Assembly (NCBI GenBank): GCA_003344405.1
Contig: NOWV01000025.1
Coordinates: 678,930-698,929, forward strand
Origin: Trichoplax sp. H2
Taxonomy: Eukaryota
DNA: 20,000 nucleotides
Direction: 5' to 3'
Under the pieces are notes generated by a model. That model had not been told where the DNA came from. It saw only the letters and a list, made by a program, of their open reading frames with translations, and ran no database searches. The translations under genes were made by a program, and so were the position numbers. Position 1 is the first letter of the stretch. Each line of letters begins with the position of its first letter. Below are positions 1-12,184 of this stretch, piece after piece.

Positions 1-1944
1 ACACATACCAAGACAGCATCTGCTATGATAATCTGATAGTTTCATAGTATACATATTTCGCAGCGTTTAATCATTTATAAAGTCATCGATCATGTTCAAT
101 GAACTCTACAAATTTCAATTCTGGTATTTTACTATTAGCAGAGATATTAGATGCACGAATCGTAATTTAGTACCAGGTTGAATTATTAATTCGTAACTAG
201 ATTCTTAATTAAAAATTTTTGCTACCGAGGCATCGGCAAGGAGTTCAAAAAATTAGTTGAGCCATATCTCATTATAACTTTGTCAATCACAAGTTTTTTC
301 CTATGGTCTGCCATTGCTAAAATTAAAATAAAACTGTATCATACGGGTATACTTAATTACTGTTACAGTGAGTCATTATAAATTATAGCTGCGCAATATT
401 GCCAGGCTTGTTAAATTTTTTGAGTTATTTAAACAAATGTCATGATATTCTATATCTAATAATAGCATTCCATTTAAATTTGATCGTTAAACTCAAATCA
501 ATTTCGATTGTTTCCTACGGTGATTTTCAAAATAATTTATTGTGAACGAAAATGTCATACTTTACAGTTTGGCCGATTGAAGGATTAGAAAACTAGTAAG
601 ATTTGTTTCTGAATTTGTTCATATTATAAAGCTTACAAAAAGAAACTAGTGCCATCCATTATCTACAACTATTATTAACTTCGATGCACGCGTAGATCGG
701 AATCGTCTAATTGCAAACTTTGATGAAATACCTTACTTTTAATTCAAACCGTTTTATCGCATTAAATGCGAGTTGCTGAAGTAAGCGGGATTTACTGTTT
801 AAATTGATTACGAAAGAACTGATGCAAATTACCTTTCTGCAATTAGTTTCTGTAGTCATAGTTCTATAAAAATAAGTCATATAAATAAATGAATCCATAC
901 AATTAATGATATACAGGAATCACGCTGGAATCACAGATTTCATCGACATCGTAGAGAATTTGATCAGTGACTGTATCACCTATCGACTGCATTATTTGCA
1001 TATTATTTATAGTAGAATATGTCTATATTGAGGTAATGATTCCAAGAAACGAATATTTGCAGTGAATTTACTTATAGAGAATCACTAACATGGCACAGTG
1101 AAATATTTTCAAAGTGTGAATATTCTCACCTTTAAAATAAGACAATAATTTTACCCTACTAATCTACTATATTTTATATCGTGCAATTTGTAAAGATTTG
1201 AATTCACAGTAAAGATAGTAAATTAAAGGCGTATTGATAGGAGTATCCGTCAGCAAACCAGTTATGCAATATTTTATCTACTTAATCCCATTTTCAGCTT
1301 TTTTATCGCTAAATATTTTAGAATTTTTCGCCCAGTTACCTTTTATATTGTACACATTAAAGAAACGGTTTTGATTTAAATAGTGATTTAATTTTGACAA
1401 AGTATTTCTCCTATATGAAGACTTCCATAAAATTTATATCTATTTTATGGGATTAGTTTAGTGTACTCGCAACTTTAAGAACAATGTCGTAGTTTATATC
1501 CCTAAATACCATTCCCATCGACTCTATTCTGATAATGAATTGAATTTTGATTCAATTTACTTCTAATTCAAACAATTTTATATTGACAGGTATTTGGTTT
1601 TAAAATCATTTTTAAAATTTACTATTACTTAGGTTATTTTAAATCATATTATACAACTATTGAAATTAAGTTTAAATGACTTACTTAAATGTATTATAGC
1701 GAAACAAATTATGAGTTACTGTAGATCCAATCCTTAATTGCAAATAAGGAATTAAAATGTTTTACGAATACAACTGTTAATGGAATCTTTTGAAACATAT
1801 AAATATACGTAAGGTAAAATATTAAATAGGTAAGCTTAGGAGAGAATTTTTTCGAGGGATAATTGTTGCTGTAAACAGTTAATCAACTATATGATAGGTA
1901 TCTAGTTGAAAAATCAAGCCAATTCGTTTTAAATGCGATTTTAT

Positions 1945-2439
1945 TAGTTCACTTGCTGTGTGACTAGCACTTTCTAAATTTATGTTCTTTTCGAGTAGAA
2001 GTCGCTTTGAAATTGATTGATTTCTGAGTCCTGTAATGAATGCTTATAGTAGGACTGAGGATAGTTCAGATGGCGAGAACTCGCAGGTAGAAGCCAAAAG
2101 GTGGAGGTTTGCTACAAAAGTCTGTAGTGTTTCACCTTCTTTCTGTCTATACGTATATAAGTGACGTCTTTCAGCTTGTACCATTTGTACAGGTTAAAAA
2201 TATGTTTGTAGAATGGAATTAATTTCTTTTACTTTGAGATCCAATGGATTTTTTTGGCTAGCTAGATTAGCTAAGATCTTAAAATATTCAGCGCCCATGC
2301 TTACCAATAAATAAGAAATGTGCCTAGATAGCGATACATCGACTGCCGGCATTGTTGCGCGAAATCTTCCTGAATAGTTGCACCAATCATTTGATTGCAA
2401 ATCATATTCTGAAAGTGGTAGTGGTAGTACAGACCCCAT
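1945..2439 (-). pseudogene. gag: Retrotransposon gag (capsid region) pseudogene, Mag/K02A2.6-like
   Basis: ORF 2194-2439 continues in frame past TAA (2194-2196) as PVQMVQAERRHLYTYRQKEGETLQTFVANLHLLASTCEFSPSELSSVLL*AFITGLRNQSISKRLLLEKNINLESASHTASE, with a second TAA at 2044-2046. QxxGExxxxFxAxLxxLAxxCEF and FIxGLxxxxIxKRLL are typical Gypsy gag motifs. Confidence 0.85.
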
Positions 2440-2450
2440 CCTCGTTGCCA
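2435..2450 (-). promoter_or_regulatory. Primer binding site complementary to the 3' end of tRNA-Ser(GCU)
   Basis: Minus strand TGGCAACGAGGATGGG versus the complement of the metazoan tRNA-Ser(GCU) 3' end, TGGCGACGAGGATGGG (recalled sequence; 15/16 match). It lies 2 nt after the LTR-terminal CA and contains the gag ATG (2439-2437). Confidence 0.8.
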
Positions 2451-2452
2451 GT

Positions 2453-2853
2453 TGTGCTGATGTAGGTTATTTGATATCGGCTAACTCTGTAGGCGGATCT
2501 ACGGCAGCCATGATACGTTAATAGTAGTGAAGAGCGTGGAGATAGATAGAATGATCGTATTCGAGTGTGTGTTTTAAAGGGTTTTATTTAAGCAATAGTA
2601 CGCGTGTTACAAGCTTGACCAACATGTAAGAGTTAGTATCAAGACGTGACATGAAATAAAGCGAGGTAAAGTAAATTGAATAATATTCTTAGCATGATCG
2701 AGTATTTATACCAATGCTTAGTCCTGTGATTACAATAATAAGTTATACTGCATACTGTATGTATTAGTATTTTCTATAAGATATAACATATTACTTGTCC
2801 AACATCATACAAACTGCAGTATAAGTTACATATTACGTATCTAAGATACTACA
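2453..2853 (-). repeat. Putative 5' LTR (~400 bp)
   Basis: TG...CA ends, TATAAATA at 2710-2703, AATAAA at 2588-2583, directly followed by the PBS. No partner LTR seen in the window, so the 5' boundary is inferred. Confidence 0.6.
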
Positions 2854-3569
2854 TCTGCTACTGATTATTTGTGTGGAAGCTTTCTGGGTCGTTAGCGTAA
2901 AAGACTGGCAAAGATAAGTTTTGTTTATAAATTAACTTACAACTACACCTCGTTTGCTTAGTTTAAGCATCCTTATACAGGCATAATAATAACTATGCAC
3001 TCGTTACTAAATTGAGCATTTATGATATTTTGAAGGGAGTTGATTAATATTTGTACTCGAAATTCCATCAAAGTTAAAATTGGAGTTTACAATTACTTTA
3101 GATTTCATGCTGTAGTTCGCTAGCATTTCATTATTCTTAAAATTGTATTTGTGTTAACAGCAGCCTTGCTTTTAGTTGATAAAAGTATTTTCTTTTCACA
3201 ATACAAAGAGTTTGATCGCTGAGTTGAATATTTTTTTACGTTTTAGTGAACTCAGGTAATTCTTTATTCAGAACATAGTAACGAATTAAAAATTTTATCA
3301 TAAAACTGAAAGAGAAATAAATATCGTATTCTCAAATTATTGATCTAGTTAGCTATAAAATGGAGACAAAATTGAGTTACAGGCTATTTCTTGTTAGCGA
3401 GGAAAGTAATTTAAATTTAAATACGTCCATAAGTAAATGCATAGAGAGTAAGTAAAGTATGAAACGAATTTACACAAAATGATGGCTTCAGATTAGAAGT
3501 TACTGTAAAAAGATACGTAATTAAAGATACTTTAAGCCCTGAGCTATGACTCTTTGATGCTGTATTAAA

Positions 3570-6176
3570 TTAATATCTTGGTGGCTGGTCAAATGGTACC
3601 TTCTCACTTGTCATAGTTGTTGATTGAGGATTAATAATTGCGGTAGATGGCATAGTAGTTCCTCCTGGATAAATGACAGGACTACCAACTTGCGTTTGCT
3701 GAATAGGATTAGCTGGTATTTGTTGTGAGGCTACGTAAGGCATCCCTAAATTAACAGTTAATTTAGTATTTAGAAGTACTATGCAAATAATTATGGGCTT
3801 TGAATATCAGCCTTAATTGAATTTAATTCTAGTTTCAACTAAACGGCAGGATTATGGAGAACCTTTAAAGGCTAGCTGGCTGCCAATAACTAATAACATT
3901 GTGCTAGGCAACGATAGAGAATCTAAGCTTAAGAATTAAAAATTACCATACGAGTAAACTAGAATAGTTCGCTTCTAAGATTTAAGTATTAAGTTAATAT
4001 AGAAATCGTTAAAGTATTTGGTTTTATTTCTACTACTATACAATTGTACGAACTTATATTTATACATATTGAAAGGTAATCATAAAATTCAATTTAATGA
4101 TGTAATACCTGCAGGTTGGACTGGATCTGAAGTGAAATTGGTATAAACTCTACCTGGAACGGTAGCACCCTGTATAGGGGAATCAAGGCAATTTAGAATT
4201 AGAATCTATGCTGCAATAATCTTAGTATGCGAGTAAAGTGAGTAATTAAAGGCGAGTAGGAAATATTAAGTAACTGCTGGTTTAAAGCTTTTAGCAAGTA
4301 ATTTACGGGCAAATAAGCTAAAAGTAATCGATAATCTGAATTATCCTAATTGATTGTCGTACTTTTAATAATAACTAACCGGATTGACGCAATAAATGTA
4401 CTTTGAGAGGATAACAATGAAAGCCAATGTAAAGGAGAAACCAGAGATAGACAAGCAAGTGGAAATGATTCCTGATGGAATAAATACGTAGTAGCTATAT
4501 ACTAAGCTTGCAACGGATATACCAAAGTGAGGTAGGGAGAAGATAAAGGCAATGATGGAGAATGCGTAGAAAGAGTGTAACTGTTGATAAAGAAGTATAT
4601 AAGGTACAGCATACTAAATAAATATTAAGACAAAATTTTTCCGGAAAAGGAATAACAGCGAAATAAAAGGGAAATACATCTAAATATATATCATAGTCTA
4701 TCAAGAAATATAGTTTTAGAGAATATTTCATCTTACCAAGCTAACATTGGTTGGAACTTGGTGATGTGCAATAGCTAAAGAACCAGCGATTGTGTACTAG
4801 ATGTAATCAATTCATTTCGGCGTTATAACATTGAATTATAAGATTTCATATAATGTAGAATGATTATTTTCGATTATTGCATTTTTTAGCAAATCTCTAC
4901 AGGTTAATAATTTCAGTTAGTACTCGCAAGAAGATTCAGGAACAATGTGATTTTATGAAGAGTGAAAGATTGGATGTAGATAGTAATGCAGGAAGGTAGC
5001 AGACTTTGAAAATTCGCTTCGAAATACAGCAATATCGATTTTAATCAGTATCTTTAGGCATATTAGGTGTGCTACTGTGCATTTGCTAGCGCTCATAATT
5101 AAATCAAGTGTGACATTAAGTTTACAGCACTTAAGGTAGATTTGAAAGATTCTGTTATAAAAGATTCCTTTACCTTCAATAATTAATATACGAATCGGGG
5201 TATCGTATCTAGGCGTGAGTTTAAAATATCGCCAGTGATCGGTTTAGTTAATCTCAGAATTCTATTAATCGAATGTAGAGCAGTATTGTACAGTATATTT
5301 ATCGTGCTATGAGTAAAGTTGTATAATATACCCTTCGTATGACAGGGTAAAGTGCTCGTTATAATCAAGAGATAATAGAATAGTAACGCATTGCCGATAG
5401 TTTTTCTATCAAACTGATGAGATTGGGATCTCAGCTATGTTTACGAGAAACGAATGTTGTAACACCTGCGGAAACGGAGTCTGTCCTAGTTATATAGCTT
5501 TTACTTGCTATGCCATTACACGATACTCACTCCAATTCTGTAAGATCATTAATATACAAAATAGGTCTGAGTAGGATCGTATTGCTAATAGCTTTATTCT
5601 AATAAACTGATGCCATTGGGCTATTAGCAACGTTTACGGACAACAATGAAATAACATCTACGAAAAGGGAGTCTATTCTAGCCAAATGGCTAATATTTTT
5701 ACGTCTCACTATGCGTAATTATTCTCTCTAACTCTGTAAGGTTACAGATATCTAAAATAGGTCTAAGTAATATCGTATGTGAATTGATTGTGAAAATTAT
5801 TTTCTGAAACTACTGGCTGTGACGATTACAACCGAAAAATAGTCATTTAGGTAATTCAAATATTGATCGCTGCTCTACAACTTATGGATAAACTTACAAT
5901 CAGTCCAACCCAAATATTCGCTCCAATTACGGTAACAAAGCTACGACTGAATATAAAGCTGATACCTCCAAAGATGATAGAAATGATACCTAAAATCAGT
6001 AAAGCAATTGCTAAGCCAAATGTTGACCGGCGAACATGCGGTGGTATAGTCATTGCTTGCGTAACATAGTGTTGATCAATTTGGGAATAGACAGAGGTAA
6101 CAGGCTGTTGAATAGGTTGCTGATATTGTGGTGGAATTTGTTGTTGTAATTGAACTGGATAATTGAAATTGGACAT
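3570..6176 (-). CDS. CD20/MS4A-like four-TM protein, paralog 1 (258 aa, 5 coding exons)
   Basis: Exons 6176-5898, 4796-4737, 4580-4380, 4169-4109, 3745-3570 (279+60+201+61+176=777 nt). All introns GT-AG; spliced frame open. Q/P-rich N-terminus; TM1 LLILGIISIIFGG; TM2 GANIWVGLI|YTIAGSLAIA (CD20-family WxGxxYIxxGSL signature); TM3/4 FYAFSIIAFIFSLPH...ILSKYIYC; tail ends DQPPRY*. Confidence 0.9.
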
Positions 6177-6985
6177 GGCTTATTTCTTTTGGATAACCGT
6201 ATCTAATTTAAATCCTAATATACAATTGATTAAAATAGCGTTAAAACTATATCGGCAAAGCATTCTCTAGATGATAAGGACAATCATTGCTTTCCAATAT
6301 AAATTAAATTCTTACTAGCTAGCGATGATCACTAGTGACTACAATTTGATTGGCAGTACCTGTATATCGCAATATTAACTATATCGATTAATTAATCAGG
6401 ATCGATAATAATCACCTTGTAGTTGATGCAGTCGATATGGCTGGCCAAGTGGTATTGAAAAAATAACTATTGCTGCGGTACTTAACATGGTATGGTCTAA
6501 ATTGTTTTTCTCTATTTCATCGTATTGTGTAATCATCATCCTAGCTCTATGGTACCGCCATATTGTAACGGTGTCATGCTATTGTTGATCGTTGAATAAA
6601 TAAAGTTGTTCATGATATTGCTCTGTTGTTTCAGATCGACTAATTAGCTATTCCTGCTGAATAAATTAATATGAAAGTCAATTTAATGAACATTTTGGTT
6701 TATTACTATTGGGTGTAGAGTTCAGTTTCTACGTTGGATAATAGTAGTTGAAATTCTTGCTAGTGGAGTTTTCAACTGGTGAATATTTAATAGAGGAGAT
6801 GAGTTTGACGCCTTGATCATGTGAAATAATTAAGATCGATAGGAGAAAGCGTTAGGACGTGGCAGTTGTATTGAATGTGGTAGATTTAACTCATTGGGTT
6901 GGAAGGAGATGATGAGCAATTTTACAGGATAGGCTTAAAATAGATGTGGATGGTTTGATAGTTACGATGGATTGAATATTGTGAA

Positions 6986-7760
6986 GTTTTCTAATCATAA
7001 ATGGTTCAATTTTAGTTCTATTTCATTTTCTTAGATGAAATTTTTTTGCATATGATATGACAGATAGATTGCAAACAATTCACATTTAGAAGGCTGCATG
7101 AATGCTTAGAATTTGGATCATGAATGATTTTAATCAAAGAAGATGAAGCTTTTGATAGAAAGTGATAGAAATGTGCTAGATAGATTACTGAGATAGCGAT
7201 TACTAAAGAGCAAAGGTTCCTCCTTAGTTGTCACTGGCTTAGAGATAGTGGAATTTTTAGGTTATAAAAAACGAGTTTATTGGATTACTTTAAAGGAGAA
7301 AAAATTTTTTGTATGCATTGATTTGATCGAAATCGCTAAGCTATGCGTAATTAAGATGTTGGAATATCGCTTAAACAAGGAAGTATCCGGAATATAAATA
7401 ATTCTGAATTAGAATCATGTAAATAAAATAGACGAGTAAGGCTAGGAGATAAACATTATCCTGTGATTTAAATACAATGTACGGGAATGATTAGAGTTTC
7501 TAATTCATAAATGGTTTAATTTAGCATCTGTACTTTACAGAAGATGCTAAAGTAATTTATAAGGCATAGATGAGATTGGTAAAATGCGGAAATCTGTTAA
7601 AATATTGCAGAATCTAGATCATGATTGATTTGATTGAAGATAATATCTTCACGCGACGAAATTGAAATGTGTAGGATAGGGGAGGAACTTAGCAGCTTAC
7701 TTGAATGTGATAAGTTTCCATAGTTTAAGTTAGTCTAGTTAATTAAGATGATGAATTTTT
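6986..7760. repeat. Old, diverged direct duplication with ~500-bp offset in a purine-skewed intergenic tract
   Basis: Collinear anchors: gttttctaatcataaatggttcaattttag (6986) / gtttctaattcataaatggtttaatttag (7496); agaatttggatcatgaatgatttt (~7108) / agaatctagatcatgattgatttg (~7609); gaaatgtgctagatag (~7168) / gaaatgtgtaggatag (~7664). Confidence 0.7.
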
Positions 7761-8503
7761 TATATACGAACTAATTAAAAATGGCAGAATCCATACCGTA
7801 AGAAGTTGGAAAATAGGTTAAATAGATCGTATCTTAGTTTTGAATGATTTTAATTTTGATACATTTGTTCGTGTGACATGATTGAATTACATGACGAAGA
7901 AATTAGAATCGAAGTTTACTACGATAACTGCTTTCATTACTATAATTTGCAAAGTCGTATAATTACTTGGGCAATTTATTTATAATAAGAGGGAAGGATT
8001 AAATAAGAAAATAATTTTATCATTTCTTATAGATCTGTTCATTCATCTTAAATTGTCTTATTTAAGAAATTAAGGAAAGAATTAATATTTATATATGTAG
8101 TGTTAGCTAAGCCAACTCAGATATCAGTATTATATTAAGCAGAAACTGATGCTTAATTTAATGCACAAAGTTATAATTGAAGTAGCGTTGATACATTCGC
8201 AAATTACGAACCAATTACCAGTCTTGATATATAAAGCTTCTACAAGATAATTTAAAGCAGATTGAATCATTATACCGATAAAATATTGCTATATACAAGT
8301 ATATCGGGAGTATGCTAAGAATACAAGTGACAAGTAAAAACGATTCATTATATTAATCAAAGTTTCGACTGGTTATTATAAATAAATTCTATAACAAATT
8401 GGAGATTAGCTCATATACTTAAAAATATCTTTCTATTATTTCTTTCCGTATACAAACAGTAAAAGTTCTTCACGAAGGCATTTGCTACACTGTATGTCCG
8501 TAT

Positions 8504-11169
8504 TTACGAACTAGCAGTACTATACACAGGAGGCTCTGCAAATAGATGCTTTTCCATTGGGTTTGTAGTGTTGGAAACCTGGGCATTCATGATTACTGTA
8601 GATGGCATAGAGCTTCCTGGATTGTAGGCCATTTGAGTATCGAATGCTGGTTGTGGATTAGCACTTATTGATGGCTGCTGCATAGCAACATTAGTCTGAT
8701 ACATTACCACTGTATTAGAACATTTTATAAAAATTTGATTAATAGAACATTTTTAACTAAAATAAAATAATACTTTATCTTTATTATAGTAAGATAAGAT
8801 TACATACAGTATGAAATAGCTATAAAGTAACGTTTTACGATTAATTGAAAAGAATCACTTCATATTTGGATATTGATAAAATATTAGAATAAGTGATTAA
8901 TGATAATGTATAGTTCTTCTAGCTTAGAACAGTATCCCAATATTTTAACTAGAGCAAGATCTATACCTTAAATTACCAAGAAAAGTAAAATTTAAATTAC
9001 TAATAATGATACGTTTATTAGTAATTGTCTTACTGTTCGGCTGGTTAACGTTTACAGAGGCGACTTGACTTTGATTAAAATATCCCTAAAGCAGGTATAA
9101 ATGTGCCTTAATATTACGACTGTAACACAATTAATAGCACTTGAAATTAATTAATAGCTTAACTTAGGAGATACAAGGAGGTTATAATTTCTTTTAAATA
9201 ACATTAATGATGTATATCATGGCATTTTACTAGATACTGATTTTAAAAGTGTTTGATATTTTATCACTGCATGTATCGTTGACTTATATTTCTGAAAAGG
9301 CGGATTACTTCAGTTTTACAGGCTAGATAACTAGAATATGAGACATTTGATTTTTGCTGCTATTGCTATAGATTACTACTTATATTCGGTGCTGTCGTTA
9401 TAATGTCGTTATAGCGTAAGCAATTCGTTATGATTAATATACTAACATGTTGTCCGCAGTAAAGGTGTAGAGAAAGGATAGTAACATATGCCGTTGAAAG
9501 AGAAAATCCAAGTAAAGCAAAGACGATTGATATCGAACCACTTATTACTGCATAAATTGATACAGCAAGAATTCCAATGATCAGGTGTGGTATTGAGAAG
9601 ATTAATGCAATTATACCAAATGAATAGAATGCATGCATCTATTGACAGTTGAGAAAATAAAGTATAAATATTAGATGAGAGACTAAGAAATAACTGTTAA
9701 AAATTCAATCTTTGTTAGCTCACCAATGAAGGATTTATTTGATTATGATATTGGGCAGTGCCAAGCGATCCGGCTATTACGTACTGAAGTGTTCAATTTA
9801 CAACGGAAAGGGAAGAATTAATAAAAAAATACTATATCATGATCAATTGCTGCGGTTTTACCATTATATATTTACACACTATTGGAATCGAAAAATTTTA
9901 CTCTTGCTAATAAGCCTGATCAATCTAGTTGAGATATCACTCGCCTACCACTTGTCAAAGATAATATTTATAGAAGAGTAATATGCAGTAAAAGTTTTAC
10001 GTTATGTCTCGCCTAAATCTGTAATATTACATAGAATTAGCTCAATAACACCAGTATCATTAATGAGTGGAGAGTAAGCTAAAGAGCTCAGCTTTTATTG
10101 TTAGCTATTGATATCTATGGATATGTTTTTAACCCTTGATTTTAAGACATATCAGGAAACATCGGTTTCAGAACAAGATTGAACATTCTGATGAATATGT
10201 ATTACCCCCAAAATTCTCTATTTATAGACGAAATTACATATTTACAGAGTGAGTGTTTGATTTCAAATAACCATGATTGTGATCAAATATAGTTAGACCT
10301 TTCCTACATAACGGCTGATATATTCAATGATACGCATTATCAAGTTTGACTATAAGACTATGAGTTTTAAAAATTGATTTCATAATTAATAATAATTCCA
10401 TGCGTAGCATTATTTTGGCCTTAACTGAATAATTTCTGGTTTAGTTGACCGCTTTTCTTTTACAATTATGATTCATAATTTCTTTTTAGAGTGTATTTAA
10501 TCAATAAAAGAAATGTGTTACGGTAACTTTTCTTGATGATACAATAGGTAACGTACTGAATATGCGAGTGCTTCTTACAGCGGTTCTAAACTCTGTTAAA
10601 ATAGTCGGAATTTATTAATGGTAGGAGTTTTTCGAAGTTGATAAAGATACTATAAGTAATTTATTGATCCTGATATCCTGACTCTAGCCTTTAAGATTAG
10701 CTTTATGGTTACTTATTACTGTAGAAGTATTTATTGTATATGCATTTTTATAAATATGATAGCGTAAAAACTTCAATGACTCGAATTTGTGATCGATATT
10801 ACCGAATGGTATAAAAGTTAAGATCTAGTTTCTGAACGCTATTTATATCTTCCATTTCTTAGTAACGTCCAATCTTAAAGAAAATATAACGACATTGTAA
10901 CTTACCATTAATCCTGCCCAGATGTTAACACCAGTAACAGTAGCAATACCATACCGTAGAACTCCAAAGCAAATTCCACCAAAGATGATACAGATCAAGC
11001 CAAGAACAAGTAATATAAGAGACAAGGAGTATACTGATTGGCGAAGTTTTACTGGCACCGATAATAGCGGTATTGGTTGTCGAATATATTGAGGATACAG
11101 CTGTACGCCTTGTTGTTGAATTTGAATTGGAACTGGTTGAGATTGCTGTTGGAAAGTGATCGTTGCCAT
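8504..11169 (-). CDS. CD20/MS4A-like four-TM protein, paralog 2 (257 aa, 5 coding exons)
   Basis: Exons 11169-10906, 9783-9724, 9638-9447, 9085-9034, 8709-8504 (264+60+192+52+206=774 nt). GT-AG introns, same phases as paralog 1. TM2 GVNIWAGLM|YVIAGSLG; FSIPH; ILSLHLYC; tail has EPPVYSTASS*. Confidence 0.9.
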
Positions 11170-12184
11170 GTTGATAGATATTATTTATTTCGTCGATACA
11201 ATAATAGTGAGATTGCTGTATATAGGCCTGTAATTGTAAAATTTTGATACTACTATCCGCAAAAACTGTATGCCAGTATAGCAATTATTGCGATAAGGAC
11301 ACGGTATTTGATTAATTTACGTACCGTTAAGAAATAATAAGTGAATAAGGAGAGCACTAATGGTAACCCTCCTTCAGACCCGGTTTTTATCTTGTACTTT
11401 CGATGTCCAAGATGCTGTGTTGACTCTGAAAGAAGTCCAAGTAGAAAGAATGGCCAATACTTCATACAGTATATAGTAAATCTTAATGAGATGGCCGTTT
11501 TGTATTAATTAACTTATTAATGAATTATTCATGATGAAAGATGCGATGGTAACAATGCTACCAGTATGATATTTTTGAAACTGTATCGCTAAGAGAATAA
11601 GCCTCTGCCCTATTGCCTGTATGGTCAAAAGAATTGCAAATCATTCGTTTACTCATGCCGCCGTGATGATTAGAAAGGGATGAAATATTAGCGTCTCATT
11701 GAATATACAATTTAAATACCAGCATCATGGCACATTATTAGATAAACGAAACAACTTTAAATACTATCGTGTAATCTTGACAGTTGTGGTAATTAATGTA
11801 ATTTTCTGTAATTGTGGATGGCACTAGCAAGAAGGGAAGGGCAGCAGTCTTTTTCTGTACCTCATTTGTACATTTCCTTAAGTTTACATCTATTTGGTGA
11901 GTTTGGTGTGATAATGTCTAAGTATCTCTTCACGTATAAGTAAAAGTAATAGAGACTAGCATAATGCAGTAGATTCTATGAATCTACTAAATGGACTTTA
12001 AATGGATAGAAAAATTTAAGGCATTACTCTTGCATCAACTATGTAATATATTGTGCTGTCAGTAAGATTTATTTGCAACATTTTAAAATTACATGCAGTT
12101 ACAAACGAACAATAAGTGACACTTCAAAGCATTTAGAATATAATTCATCACATTTTTTGGTAAAATTTACGAATTTTGAAAATT

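Larger units (their letters stand above)
1945..2853 (-). mobile_element. Truncated Ty3/Gypsy (Mag-like) LTR retrotransposon relic: 5' LTR + PBS + N-terminal gag, no pol attached
   Basis: On the minus strand: an LTR-like segment (TGTAGTAT at 2853 ... CA at 2453), a 2-nt spacer, the PBS TGGCAACGAGGATGGG, then a gag-like frame containing RQKEGETLQTFVANLHLLASTCEF and FITGLRNQSISKRLLLEKNINLESA. Similarity fades near 1945. The LTR 5' end and the left boundary are approximate. Confidence 0.85.

Noticed and set aside
1..1000. Possible minus-strand exons near the window start (donor-like GTATGT at 8-3; short open frames at 707-898 and ~902-980)
   Set aside because: No homology or consistent gene model can be supported.
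4495..4731. 78-aa hydrophobic ORF (likewise 19071-19322, 15193-15408, 10925-11284)
   Set aside because: Alternative frames overlapping real exons and introns of the MS4A-like genes; not conserved between paralogs.
5863..6069. Plus-strand ORFs 5863-6069, 9739-9981 and 15986-16192
   Set aside because: Antisense shadows of minus-strand exons or relic sequence; no recognisable motifs.
11253..11465. ORF with signal-peptide-like start (MKYWPFFLLGLL) as an extra first exon of paralog 2
   Set aside because: Splicing from the plausible donor (after 11325) to acceptors at 11227 or 11215 is out of frame with the ATG at 11169; no equivalent in the other paralogs.
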